A stretch of 64,000 bases of DNA from Desulfomonilia bacterium (lineage in GTDB: Bacteria; Desulfobacterota; Desulfomonilia; UBA1062), in contig CAXXDQ010000006.1 of the NCBI GenBank assembly GCA_963664325.2, forward strand, positions 32,001 through 96,000, read 5' to 3'. A model generated the notes under the pieces. It saw nothing but the letters and a program-made list of their open reading frames with translations. It was not told where the DNA came from and searched no databases. Numbering within the stretch: position 1 is the stretch's first letter; every line of letters begins with the position of its first letter. Position numbers and translations under genes: made by a program. Shown here piece by piece: positions 8,262 through 17,407 of the stretch.

Positions 8262-10844
8262 ATGACTAAGTGTTTAAAATTAACGACTTTTATAGTCTGG
8301 GTTACTTTTTTAATTACTATAACTGCATGCTCAGGTGGAGGAGGTAATGAGCCATATTCCATCAATGTGGAGACACAAGCCAAAAATATTACATCTCTTG
8401 GAGAATTTCCTGTCGGTATAAGAGACTATACACCTCCTGTAATAGAATTTACATCACCAGTATCCCAGAATCCTGTGACGACTGTAACAGATGATAAAAA
8501 CGGTTATCTTAAAGAGATTGTTAAAGGTGAAAAATGGGCACTTGATATTAAAGGTGAAGTAATGCCCTCGACCTTTGGGCCTGAGAAAAGGTCGCTTGAA
8601 TTCAAAGGCGTTTATGTTAACTGGCAACTCGTAGATTCAAGTAATGGAGACGATATTAAATGGGTGGACGGAAAGTTCGCCTTCACAAAAACTGTTTTTA
8701 TAACAAAAGAAGAACTGGCAAATACGTTCTATCCCATTACCATAGCAGCGGTTGATGAAAAGGGCTACGTGGCAGGTACTAAATCTGTGATTATCCTGCA
8801 GGACAAGGCTGCTAACACCATCGGTAGCGATCACCCTCTGACTAATTCCCTGCATTTATCTGGTAACAGTGAATTTGTTTCGAATGCTTTGTCCATGCTT
8901 GTATCACAGATTGAAGGCCTTAACTTTGCGCCTAATATGGGTGCAGTAACACTTTTGGATAATGATATAATCATCCCACGGACAGTGATGCTCCAGGGTA
9001 TTGAGATCAGTAATTATTCTATCAGCTCTAATAGTGCAAACTTCTGCTCTGTGAACCTCGATCTTAGAGTTTCCAATCTTGTGGTTGAATATACAAATAA
9101 TTTGTCCGTATTTAACAAAGGACAGAATATAATAAATATAAACATGAAAAATGTTGAGATTAACGGCCTGATTGTAGAACTGAGAATTGATGAAAACAAT
9201 GAAATCAGCGCCTACCTTAATGCAGGAGATATTGCTTTAGCAAAGGGTTCGGGTTTCGAGTATAATCTCGATACACCCTTTACCGAGATTTTCAACTTTC
9301 TGTCTGATAACGTGTTCAGTTTCCTTATTCAAGATGTTTTCAACCAATTAAAACAAAAACCCATACAGCTTAAAATAGGCTATAATGCCCTAAGGCTGCT
9401 TATTAAACAGTTAACCGGGAATAATGAGAAACTGACAACATTGACTGGATTGAAGTACTGCTCAACAGAAAACGGCGGCATTAAACTTGGCATGGATATG
9501 CATTTCCCTGAAGTTAAAAACCAGGGGATTAAAGGCAACCGTAACCTGATAAGCACATATGCTTCTTCCCAGGCAAAAAGCGATAAAATTAATCTGGCTT
9601 TAAATTACGGGAATTCTTCAATAGCTTTTAGTGACGATTACTTAAACCAGCTTCTGGCAGTGGACTTTATCTCTGATCCCGACAATCCCCAGGAGATTAC
9701 CAGTCTTGATCTGAATGAACTCATTGATCAGATGAATATCAACCTTGGGAATTACAAGCTCTGGCCTTGGTTGAGGGATGGAAATGACAGACTCCCCAAA
9801 ATAAAAATCAAGTACCTAATGCTTACACCACCCATTCTGAAAATTCATGGGGATGGCAATTATATTGGCAGTCTGTATGTGAAAAATATTCTGGTGGAAG
9901 TCCATGAGCTGGATAATCAAGGAAATGAGAGCTGTCTTCTCGCTAGGCTCTCGATTGATCTTGACATTGCCATGAAGTGGGAGAATGGGAATTTCGTGCT
10001 TGAATGCGGCAAAGAAAATGCAAGTTACACTCTGCTTTTCAACAAGCTTTATCCGTTATTCCTGCCGCCGCAAATGAAGGAAATCCATACCTATATCGCA
10101 AACAGCCTTAACCAGTTATTGAGTAAAATTGCACTTATCGGGTATCCTGTTACAAATGTAGCCGCTATGAATGATGCTTATCTGGTCTTCAGTGGCAACC
10201 TGATAAATAAGGATAATATAGAATCCACCGACCCGGATATAATTTATGATGGAGCCGATTGGCAGTATCGATACTTCTCAACCAAGCCCAATGCCGATAC
10301 GGTTGATAAGTTAAGATTTTTTGGAAGCAATGACGGTTCAATATCATTTAATACGCTAGATAGTAGTAATTATGATCAGGATAAAAATAAATACAAGGGA
10401 ATCAAGGATCTTGACTGGAATGATTCCTGTGGTTTTTTCTATGATTTCGGTGAAGATTCATACAAGCTTATAACAGGGGTTTCCTTTACCAGGAATATTG
10501 TATTTGACTGGATTACCGGTAACACTGTAGAGTTTTATGAAGAGTTTGCAGTAATGTGTATTGCCTATGGCAATGCGGTCATATCTACAGATTATGAATA
10601 CGTACCCAGCGAAACCTGTTTAATTCCTTATGAGCTGACTATTGAGGATAAGCCTGAACTGGTGCTGCCTGATTCTCAGACATTTAGTATTCCGCTCAGC
10701 AGTAACGTGGGTATTGGAATCAGGTTTAAAAAAGATCCCTCAATTCCATTAAAACTCAATCCGATCGAATTGAAGACAGCCATTGCTTCGAACATTGTTA
10801 TAAAATATATCGATCTGAGTCTTAACACGGGCCTGAATTTTTAA
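8262..10844 (+). CDS. Large lipoprotein with BPI/TULIP-like central region
   Basis: Long AT-rich ORF; lipobox ITA-C followed by SGGGG; shares motifs with the ORF at 3..626. Confidence 0.75.
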   Translation: MTKCLKLTTFIVWVTFLITITACSGGGGNEPYSINVETQAKNITSLGEFPVGIRDYTPPVIEFTSPVSQNPVTTVTDDKNGYLKEIVKGEKWALDIKGEVMPSTFGPEKRSLEFKGVYVNWQLVDSSNGDDIKWVDGKFAFTKTVFITKEELANTFYPITIAAVDEKGYVAGTKSVIILQDKAANTIGSDHPLTNSLHLSGNSEFVSNALSMLVSQIEGLNFAPNMGAVTLLDNDIIIPRTVMLQGIEISNYSISSNSANFCSVNLDLRVSNLVVEYTNNLSVFNKGQNIININMKNVEINGLIVELRIDENNEISAYLNAGDIALAKGSGFEYNLDTPFTEIFNFLSDNVFSFLIQDVFNQLKQKPIQLKIGYNALRLLIKQLTGNNEKLTTLTGLKYCSTENGGIKLGMDMHFPEVKNQGIKGNRNLISTYASSQAKSDKINLALNYGNSSIAFSDDYLNQLLAVDFISDPDNPQEITSLDLNELIDQMNINLGNYKLWPWLRDGNDRLPKIKIKYLMLTPPILKIHGDGNYIGSLYVKNILVEVHELDNQGNESCLLARLSIDLDIAMKWENGNFVLECGKENASYTLLFNKLYPLFLPPQMKEIHTYIANSLNQLLSKIALIGYPVTNVAAMNDAYLVFSGNLINKDNIESTDPDIIYDGADWQYRYFSTKPNADTVDKLRFFGSNDGSISFNTLDSSNYDQDKNKYKGIKDLDWNDSCGFFYDFGEDSYKLITGVSFTRNIVFDWITGNTVEFYEEFAVMCIAYGNAVISTDYEYVPSETCLIPYELTIEDKPELVLPDSQTFSIPLSSNVGIGIRFKKDPSIPLKLNPIELKTAIASNIVIKYIDLSLNTGLNF

Positions 10845-10956
10845 TAAGCTGGCTTGAATTCGCAAAGGACTCTATCAGGAAAAGTCCCGACCAATAAACC
10901 CGGGATGAAAATGATATTTCGTTATTTGTCGATATGTATTTTTATGATAAGCATGT

Positions 10957-11175
10957 TTGAATATGAAATGCAGATTCGGCGATGAAGACATGTATGAATT
11001 CCATGAAGGAGATGCAAAAGAGAAGTGTTTTCTGTGCAGGAAGTCATGTAAAAAAACATTTAGTGTAAGAGAAATCAAGTCACAGAAAATGGTTCATCTC
11101 TGCGGCGGTTGCATGGTCAGTAACATCTCTGAATATATGCTTGACAATACAAGGCCCTGGGTTGAACCGGATTAA
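10957..11175 (+). CDS. Small putative Zn-ribbon protein
   Basis: 72 aa; CFLC...HLCGGC (CxxC + CxxC). Confidence 0.6.
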   Translation: MNMKCRFGDEDMYEFHEGDAKEKCFLCRKSCKKTFSVREIKSQKMVHLCGGCMVSNISEYMLDNTRPWVEPD

Positions 11176-11417
11176 AGGTTATACTGGGAATTAATCCGGA
11201 AAGTAGTACCGGCCACCACATATTAAGATACCTCAAGTCCGCCGTTACGGAAAAAAATATTTTTACAGAAAGTTAACTTCCCTTAAACTCCTTCTTTATT
11301 CTCTGTTGCTCTTGCTGCTTCGAATCCCTGTCCTGTAAGCTCCTGCCTTAACTGTTAACGAATGGATTAAATGTTATCTGTAATCAGGATCAATGCAGTC
11401 TTTTCATTCAACGACAC
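11176..11417 (-). pseudogene. Decayed receiver-domain (response regulator) gene
   Basis: Minus-strand translation LILITDNI*SIR*QLRQELTGQGFEAARATENKEGV*...GGLEV...IPSIT follows REC beta1-alpha1-beta2 pattern with several stops. Confidence 0.55.
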
Positions 11418-11422
11418 GTGTT

Positions 11423-11815
11423 TTATAAACCGATAAGGTTTTTAACGTATGTAATCAAATCGTTGGCCTTAATGGGTTTGGTGAGTACCAAATCGACTTT
11501 TGCAGCATCACCAGACGGTTCGGCTGCTTCAGAGTAAGGGCCCTGAATATCTACCGCGCTGAGTAATACAAGCTTGATCTTTTTTGTAGAGTCGGTAGCC
11601 CTGAGTTTAGATACCACATTGAATCCTTCACTCCATGTCTCCATCATCATGTCAACTATTGCAAGATCAGGCTTAATTTTTGAAGCAGCCTCAACCCCTG
11701 ATTTTCCATCCTCAGCCAAAAAAACTTCGAAGCCACCGTTTTCAAGAATAAGTTTTGTTGCAGCGCAGAAGTCATTATCATCATCGATAATCAGGATTTT
11801 TTTCTTTGTGCTCAT
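11423..11815 (-). CDS. Single-domain response regulator (CheY-like)
   Basis: ILIIDDD, DLAIVDMMM (phospho-Asp), LSA, KP motifs; GGAGGT RBS. Confidence 0.92.
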   Translation of the reverse strand: MSTKKKILIIDDDNDFCAATKLILENGGFEVFLAEDGKSGVEAASKIKPDLAIVDMMMETWSEGFNVVSKLRATDSTKKIKLVLLSAVDIQGPYSEAAEPSGDAAKVDLVLTKPIKANDLITYVKNLIGL

Positions 11816-12617
11816 TCTTTACCTCCATCTGTATATTGGGATTTGTCAGCAATATTGATACCAATATGTATCATAGAAATGTTATTGAAACAAATAAAGT
11901 CAAAAAAACCATAATATGTGTCATGGGGCATATTTCCCCATATCTGATACGCTTTTCCCCATGCCTGTCAGTCTTTAGGTTGTATCACGTAATTTCTGAC
12001 CTTGAGTCTGTTTTTTCCAGTACATGCCCGGGAAAACAATTATTGGAATATGATATGCAAAATTATCAATGGTCTTTTCAATATTGATTTTCTTGATTTC
12101 AGCAAGAATAATACTTTTTGAGTCCGGATTGGATTAAGGGGTTTTGTATTTTGTCATACAGCATTCAAAATCTTTTCTTTATGTTCATATTCCCAATTAC
12201 ATTTCCTGACCGGGAATGGGATTTTATCGATATCTTTCCTTTTCTTTAAGAAGATTTGTTTTTGTCGCAGTGCCTTTTCAAAAACGACTATAATAGTTTT
12301 CATAGACCGGTATGGTTTGTACTCCCTGAAAGGTTTATAAAATAAACATTCATCCAATAGTATTGATAGCATTCTAGACTCTGGAATTTATATATGAAGC
12401 TCCAATAGTTCAACACGCCTTTGGAAAGTTCATCCCTCCTTATGTTAAAAGTTTGAACTCATGAGTAGTAGATGCATCGGATTTCATTTCAATTATCTCG
12501 ATCTAGCTGCTTCAAATCCAGAGGCGCTGTTTTACGAATGGTACAAAATGCCCCGTTTATAATGATTCACTGAACTGCCGCTGAAGCCAACTAGATAAAA
12601 ATAAAAGAGAAATTTTG

Positions 12618-12633
12618 TGGCTCCATAATTGCT
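12618..12633 (+). promoter_or_regulatory. Sigma54 (-24/-12) promoter of hydrogenase operon
   Basis: TGGCTC-CATAA-TTGCT matches TGGCAC-N5-TTGCW with exact GG-N10-GC spacing, ~66 nt upstream of the ATG at 12700. Confidence 0.65.
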
Positions 12634-12699
12634 AAATTAAAATGAACGATTAAGGTCTGACCAGATGCATACATTTTAAAATAAAGCGGAGGTGTAAAT

Positions 12700-14499
12700 A
12701 TGTGGACAAGCAGTAGTAAGGGAGGGAGCTGTGTTGAGCCGGCGGTAAAACAGTTTCTGCCTCCATGTCAGATGCAGTGTCCTATCAACGAAGACATTCA
12801 GCGGACAAATGTTCTGATATCTCTTCTTCCTTCTGATCCGGCAAAGGCAAAAGAGGGGATCCAGCAGATAGGAGACTATTTGTTTGACAGGAATCCATTC
12901 TTTCCTGTTTGCGGCTACATCTGCGGCATCTGTGAGCTCGGGTGCAATTACAAGGTGAAGGGCGGATCAATCCGCAGAAGGCTTTTAAAACGTTTCCTGT
13001 CTGAACAGTTCCTGGAGGATCTTGATAAGAAAGAAGAATTTGATACTGTGAAGAACAAGGAGAATGTGGCTGTCATAGGCGGTGGTCCGGGCGGCTTGAT
13101 GTGTGCATTCAACCTGAGCCGCAAAGGCTACAGGGTAACGATATTCGAGGCATCCAACAGGCTCGGCGGAACGCTCTGGCTGATACCCCACTACAGGCTT
13201 CCGAAGGATGTCCTGGTGCGAGTCATGCAGAACATGGTCAGGCTTGCAGGTATCGAGGTCAAGTATAATGCAAAGATAGGCGATTCCAAACTTTCAATTG
13301 ACAAGCTCCGGAAAGAAGGATTCAAGGCCGTCTTCATTGCAAAGGGGACTCCTTCCCCGCGTATTCTAACCTATAATGGTGAGGTGGTTGCAAACCAGGA
13401 TTTGGCTGGAGTTATGTACGGCCAGACATTCCTGTATGAGGTAAGCCGGGGAATCCTTGAAAAAGACTATTTTGATGGAAAGAAAATCATAGTAATCGGT
13501 GGAGGAAACGTCTCGTTCGATGTTGCACGCTCGGCAAGACGGCTTGGAGGACAGGTTACCGTAGTTGCACTTGAGTGTGAGGATAAAAAATCGAAAGACG
13601 GCATACCTGCTGACCATGATGAAATACGAGGAGCATGGGAGGAAGGTGTCGATGTCGTATACTCCCGCGGCGTAAAAAAAATCATCGGCAGAAGCGGCAA
13701 ATTCACGGGCATAGAATCACCGAAATGTACAAGCGTTTTTGATAAGAGCGGAAGGTTCAATCCGCAAATGGATGAGAATGATATAATAACTATCAACGGC
13801 GATATACTTGTACTTTCAGTGGGCCAGGGTCCTGAAAGGATATTTTTTGAAAGGGAGGGACTGCTTGACGAAAAAGGAAGGCTTGATGTCGACCCGGTGA
13901 CTCTGCAGAGCAGAAAGAAAGACTATGTGTTTATAGGCGGCGACGTGAGGAAAGTCGGATTCATGGTAGATGCAATGCATGAAGGAATTGAAGCCGCCGA
14001 GACAATAGAAAGGTATTTCAAAGGCATTGACCTGTATGCAGGGAGAAAACGGGACTTTGAAGCGCTCACCATACCGGTTCTTAACAATGAGGATTATCGC
14101 CCTGAACCGGAAGTGGTATGGATACCGCCTGAAAAACGCCTGCACTTCAAAATGTTCGAAAGGGGATTCTCTCTGGGTGAGGCGATAGAGGAAGCCAAGC
14201 GCTGCCTTTATTGCGGTCCTTGCGTGTCGTGCAAGGCATGCGTTTCTATTGGAATCAATGAAGAACTGCCTGTTATCCAGATAAACGAGTCAATCTGCAG
14301 CGGCTGTGGGATCTGTCTGACGGCATGCCATTACAATTCTGCGCATCTTGTTAATATGAACGGTGTGCTTGTTTCAAAGACGGATATGTTCAGGTGCAAG
14401 GCCTGCGGTCTTTGCGTTTCTGCATGCCCGACTGGAGCGCGTTCAATCATCGGGACCGATATTGAAGAGAGGCTGAGGGACGCCCATGCTTCCCTGTAG
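12700..14499 (+). CDS. FAD/NAD(P)-dependent Fe-S oxidoreductase, GltD/NfnB/DsrL-like with C-terminal 2x[4Fe-4S] ferredoxin domain
   Basis: PCQMQCP..CGYICGICELGC; GGGPGG (FAD); GGGNVSFDVAR (NAD(P)); EAKRCLYCGPCVSCKAC; CSGCGICLTAC; CKACGLCVSACP. Confidence 0.88.
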   Translation: MWTSSSKGGSCVEPAVKQFLPPCQMQCPINEDIQRTNVLISLLPSDPAKAKEGIQQIGDYLFDRNPFFPVCGYICGICELGCNYKVKGGSIRRRLLKRFLSEQFLEDLDKKEEFDTVKNKENVAVIGGGPGGLMCAFNLSRKGYRVTIFEASNRLGGTLWLIPHYRLPKDVLVRVMQNMVRLAGIEVKYNAKIGDSKLSIDKLRKEGFKAVFIAKGTPSPRILTYNGEVVANQDLAGVMYGQTFLYEVSRGILEKDYFDGKKIIVIGGGNVSFDVARSARRLGGQVTVVALECEDKKSKDGIPADHDEIRGAWEEGVDVVYSRGVKKIIGRSGKFTGIESPKCTSVFDKSGRFNPQMDENDIITINGDILVLSVGQGPERIFFEREGLLDEKGRLDVDPVTLQSRKKDYVFIGGDVRKVGFMVDAMHEGIEAAETIERYFKGIDLYAGRKRDFEALTIPVLNNEDYRPEPEVVWIPPEKRLHFKMFERGFSLGEAIEEAKRCLYCGPCVSCKACVSIGINEELPVIQINESICSGCGICLTACHYNSAHLVNMNGVLVSKTDMFRCKACGLCVSACPTGARSIIGTDIEERLRDAHASL

Positions 14500-14523
14500 C
14501 CGTATTTGAAGGAGATACTAAAA

Positions 14524-14943
14524 ATGGGTGCATATAATCCTAAAATAATATGTTTCGCATGCAAGTTCGGCTGGGGCTACCTTGAAGGCGAATCCGTCAA
14601 GAAGATGAAAGGTGTTGTCCCGATTTTGTGCAGCGGCAAGATAGATATAACTCATATAGTCAACGCCTATGCAAAGGGAGCTGACGGTGTACTGATACTG
14701 GCTTGCAACGAAGGCGACTGCCATTTCCACATCGGCAACTTCCAGGCGAGGAAAAGGGTTCTGATCCTGAAAAAGACACTCAAGGCGTTCGGGATCGAGC
14801 CTGAAAGACTTCAGATAAGGCTTGATCATGACCCTTCGGGAAATTCAATTCCCAACCTGATGATGCAAATGGCCGAAAAGATAAAGGACCTGGGAAAGCT
14901 CTCGGCCGGGAAAGAACCTGCCCCGGCATTAAACCATCTTTAA
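14524..14943 (+). CDS. mvhD: Hydrogenase Fe-S delta subunit (MvhD/FlpD family), divergent
   Basis: CSGKID, GADGVLILAC.EGDCHF.GN, GIEPERL; AAGGAG RBS before ATG 14524. Confidence 0.85.
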   Translation: MGAYNPKIICFACKFGWGYLEGESVKKMKGVVPILCSGKIDITHIVNAYAKGADGVLILACNEGDCHFHIGNFQARKRVLILKKTLKAFGIEPERLQIRLDHDPSGNSIPNLMMQMAEKIKDLGKLSAGKEPAPALNHL

Positions 14944-14961
14944 TAATAAGGGAGAATAGAA

Positions 14962-15924
14962 ATGCAATCTAAACCGAAAGTTGCCATATACTGGCTTTCA
15001 GGCTGCGGCGGATGCGATGAAGCAATAGTCGATCTGAACGAAGCCATTCTGAAAGTGGCCGATGCAATAGAGATCGTTCTCTGGCCTGTGGCCATGGACT
15101 TCAAGTATGACAGCATCAGGGCGTTGGATGACGGAGAGATTACACTTAGCATAATCAACGGCTCGGTGCGTAACTCGGACCATCTTGAAATGGCTCATCT
15201 GCTCAGAAAGAAATCACAGCTTGTCCTTGCGTTCGGCGCTTGTGCATGCTTTGGAGGAACCTGCGGCCTGGCAAATTTCCGCTCGAAAAAGGATATTTTT
15301 GACTGGGTATATGAGAATGCCCCGACAGTCGTTAACCCTAAACACAATGTCCCGCTTACCGAAAGTGTAGACAACGGCCACAAGCTAACGTTGCCGGAAA
15401 TTTGGGAGAAGGTGTATCCGCTCAATGAGATAATTGACATAGACTATTATCTGCCCGGATGTCCACCGCCTCCAAACCTGATCGCTCAGGCGGTTTTTGC
15501 AGTTGTTGAAGGCAAGCTTCCGCCCAAGGGAACGGTTCTTTCGCCGGGCAACGCCCTTTGCGACTCCTGTCCGAGGAACGCGACCAAGCCACTTAAGCTC
15601 GAGATAAAAGAGATTACAAGGATTCATGAAGTAGAAGCTGACCCCTCGAGGTGCTTCCTTGCTCAGGGTATAATATGCCTTGGTCCTGCAATCCGTTCAG
15701 GATGCGGGGAAACCTGTATCAATACAAATGTTCCATGCCGCGGATGTTTCGGCCCGGTTGATGGTGTCGATGATGCCGGTTCCAAGTTTCTCTCGAGTCT
15801 GGCAATACTTCTCGCCGCCGAGACCGAAGACGCAGCCGGTGCAATTGTCGAAAAACTTGTTGATCCAGCAGGGTACTGCTACAGGTTCAGCCTGCCTTCA
15901 GCCCAGCTGTCACCTAAAAGATAA
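14962..15924 (+). CDS. mvhG: Group 3c [NiFe]-hydrogenase small subunit
   Basis: SGCGGC, FGACACFGG, PGCPP, CDSCPR, CFLAQGIICLGP, CRGCFGP. Confidence 0.92.
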   Translation: MQSKPKVAIYWLSGCGGCDEAIVDLNEAILKVADAIEIVLWPVAMDFKYDSIRALDDGEITLSIINGSVRNSDHLEMAHLLRKKSQLVLAFGACACFGGTCGLANFRSKKDIFDWVYENAPTVVNPKHNVPLTESVDNGHKLTLPEIWEKVYPLNEIIDIDYYLPGCPPPPNLIAQAVFAVVEGKLPPKGTVLSPGNALCDSCPRNATKPLKLEIKEITRIHEVEADPSRCFLAQGIICLGPAIRSGCGETCINTNVPCRGCFGPVDGVDDAGSKFLSSLAILLAAETEDAAGAIVEKLVDPAGYCYRFSLPSAQLSPKR

Positions 15925-15943
15925 TGAATAAAGGAGTGATATC

Positions 15944-17407
15944 ATGTCACGCAAGATAACAATTGATCCGATCACCAGGCTGGAAGGTCACGGCAAGATA
16001 GAGATCTTCCTTGATAATAAGGGAAATGTACAGGATGCTTACTGGCAGGTTGTTGAACTTCGGGGATTTGAAAGATTCTGTATAGGCAGACCTGCCGAGG
16101 AGATGACAAGGATTGTTCCTAACATATGCGGAGTATGTCCGTCGGCTCACCATATGTCAGGCACAAAAGCCCTTGATGCCCTTTTCGGGGTTGAGCCTAC
16201 GCCTGCTGCAAAACTTATCAGGGAACTGGAATTCAATGCATTTTATGTAGAAGACCATTACATCCACTTCTTTTTCCTGGCCGCGCCTGACTTTATTATG
16301 GGTCCGGATGCAGACCCTAAAGACAGGAACATCCTGGGCGTTATCGGCAAGGTCGGAAAAGAGATAGGCGGCAAGGTCATTGAAATCAGGAAACGCAACC
16401 GCGACATAATCCGCCATATCTTCAGCAAAGCCCCGCACCCGGAAGGCGGACTTCCTGGAGGCGTACCGAGGGGATTCACGGAAGCGGATCGTGCATGGAT
16501 AAAGGAAACGGCCCGCGATTCTCTTGATTTTGCACTGTATGCAATCAAGCTTTTCAAAGACCTGGTGCTTGGAAACAAGTCGAGCCTTGATCTGATTCTG
16601 AACGACGCTTATAAACTCAAGACCCATTATATGTCTGTAGTCGATGATAACAACAAGGTCGATTTCTATGACGGCAAAGTCAGAGTTGTGGACTGGAACG
16701 GAAAGGAAGTCTACAAATTCAATGGCGCCGACTATGAAAAGTATATTGGCGAATGGGTTGAACCTTGGACATATATCAGGCTTACGCATCTTAAACCCCT
16801 GGGTTGGAAAGGCCTTGTTGAAGGCGAGGGCACATCGCTTTACAGAGTTGCCCCGCTTGCAAGACTGAACGCCTCCGATGGCATGAAGACGCCTCTGGCG
16901 GACAAGGAGGCAAAGGCCATGTTTGAGACTCTGGGCGGCAAACCGGCTCATCATACACTGGCAATGCACTGGGCCAGACTCATATGTGCTCTACAGGCGG
17001 CAGAGCATAATGTAATGATTGCCGATGACCCTCTGCTTACCAGCAAGGATATCCGCAACATGAACTTCAAGCTTCAGAAAAAAGGAGTCGGTGTGGTGGA
17101 AGCCCCGAGAGGAACGCTTTATCATCATTACGAGACAGATGACAACGGCATAATCACAAAAGCCAACCTGATTGTCGCGACACAGAATAACGCAGCCCCG
17201 ATATGCCTGTCGGTCAAGAAGGCTGCACAGGAGTTCATAAAAGGACCGGATGTTAAGGAAGGATTCCTAAACAGGGTGGAAATGGCATTCAGGGCGTATG
17301 ACCCGTGCCTTTCCTGTGCAACACATTCCCTGCCCGGAACGATGTCGATGAGTGTAAACATCAGGGACGCGCAAGGCAATGTCATTAGAGAAATCAACAG
17401 GCATTAA
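15944..17407 (+). CDS. mvhA: Group 3c [NiFe]-hydrogenase large subunit
   Basis: IDPITRLEGHG, RGFE, L1 ICGVC, EAPRGTL, L2 RAYDPCLSCATH plus cleavable C-terminal extension. Confidence 0.95.
   Translation: MSRKITIDPITRLEGHGKIEIFLDNKGNVQDAYWQVVELRGFERFCIGRPAEEMTRIVPNICGVCPSAHHMSGTKALDALFGVEPTPAAKLIRELEFNAFYVEDHYIHFFFLAAPDFIMGPDADPKDRNILGVIGKVGKEIGGKVIEIRKRNRDIIRHIFSKAPHPEGGLPGGVPRGFTEADRAWIKETARDSLDFALYAIKLFKDLVLGNKSSLDLILNDAYKLKTHYMSVVDDNNKVDFYDGKVRVVDWNGKEVYKFNGADYEKYIGEWVEPWTYIRLTHLKPLGWKGLVEGEGTSLYRVAPLARLNASDGMKTPLADKEAKAMFETLGGKPAHHTLAMHWARLICALQAAEHNVMIADDPLLTSKDIRNMNFKLQKKGVGVVEAPRGTLYHHYETDDNGIITKANLIVATQNNAAPICLSVKKAAQEFIKGPDVKEGFLNRVEMAFRAYDPCLSCATHSLPGTMSMSVNIRDAQGNVIREINRH

Noticed and set aside
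11271-11360. Cluster of five GGA motifs on the minus strand resembling a CsrB/RsmZ sRNA
   Set aside because: The same bases translate as a receiver-domain segment (LRQELTGQGFEAA), so a pseudogene explains the pattern better
16157-16969. Long antisense ORFs (also 30772..31533, 51823..52518, 59343..60107, 59963..60814)
   Set aside because: Shadows of well-supported genes on the opposite strand; no motifs
14524-17407. Selenocysteine ([NiFeSe]) hydrogenase or Sec-containing MvhD
   Set aside because: No in-frame TGA; L2 is DPCLSC with Cys codons
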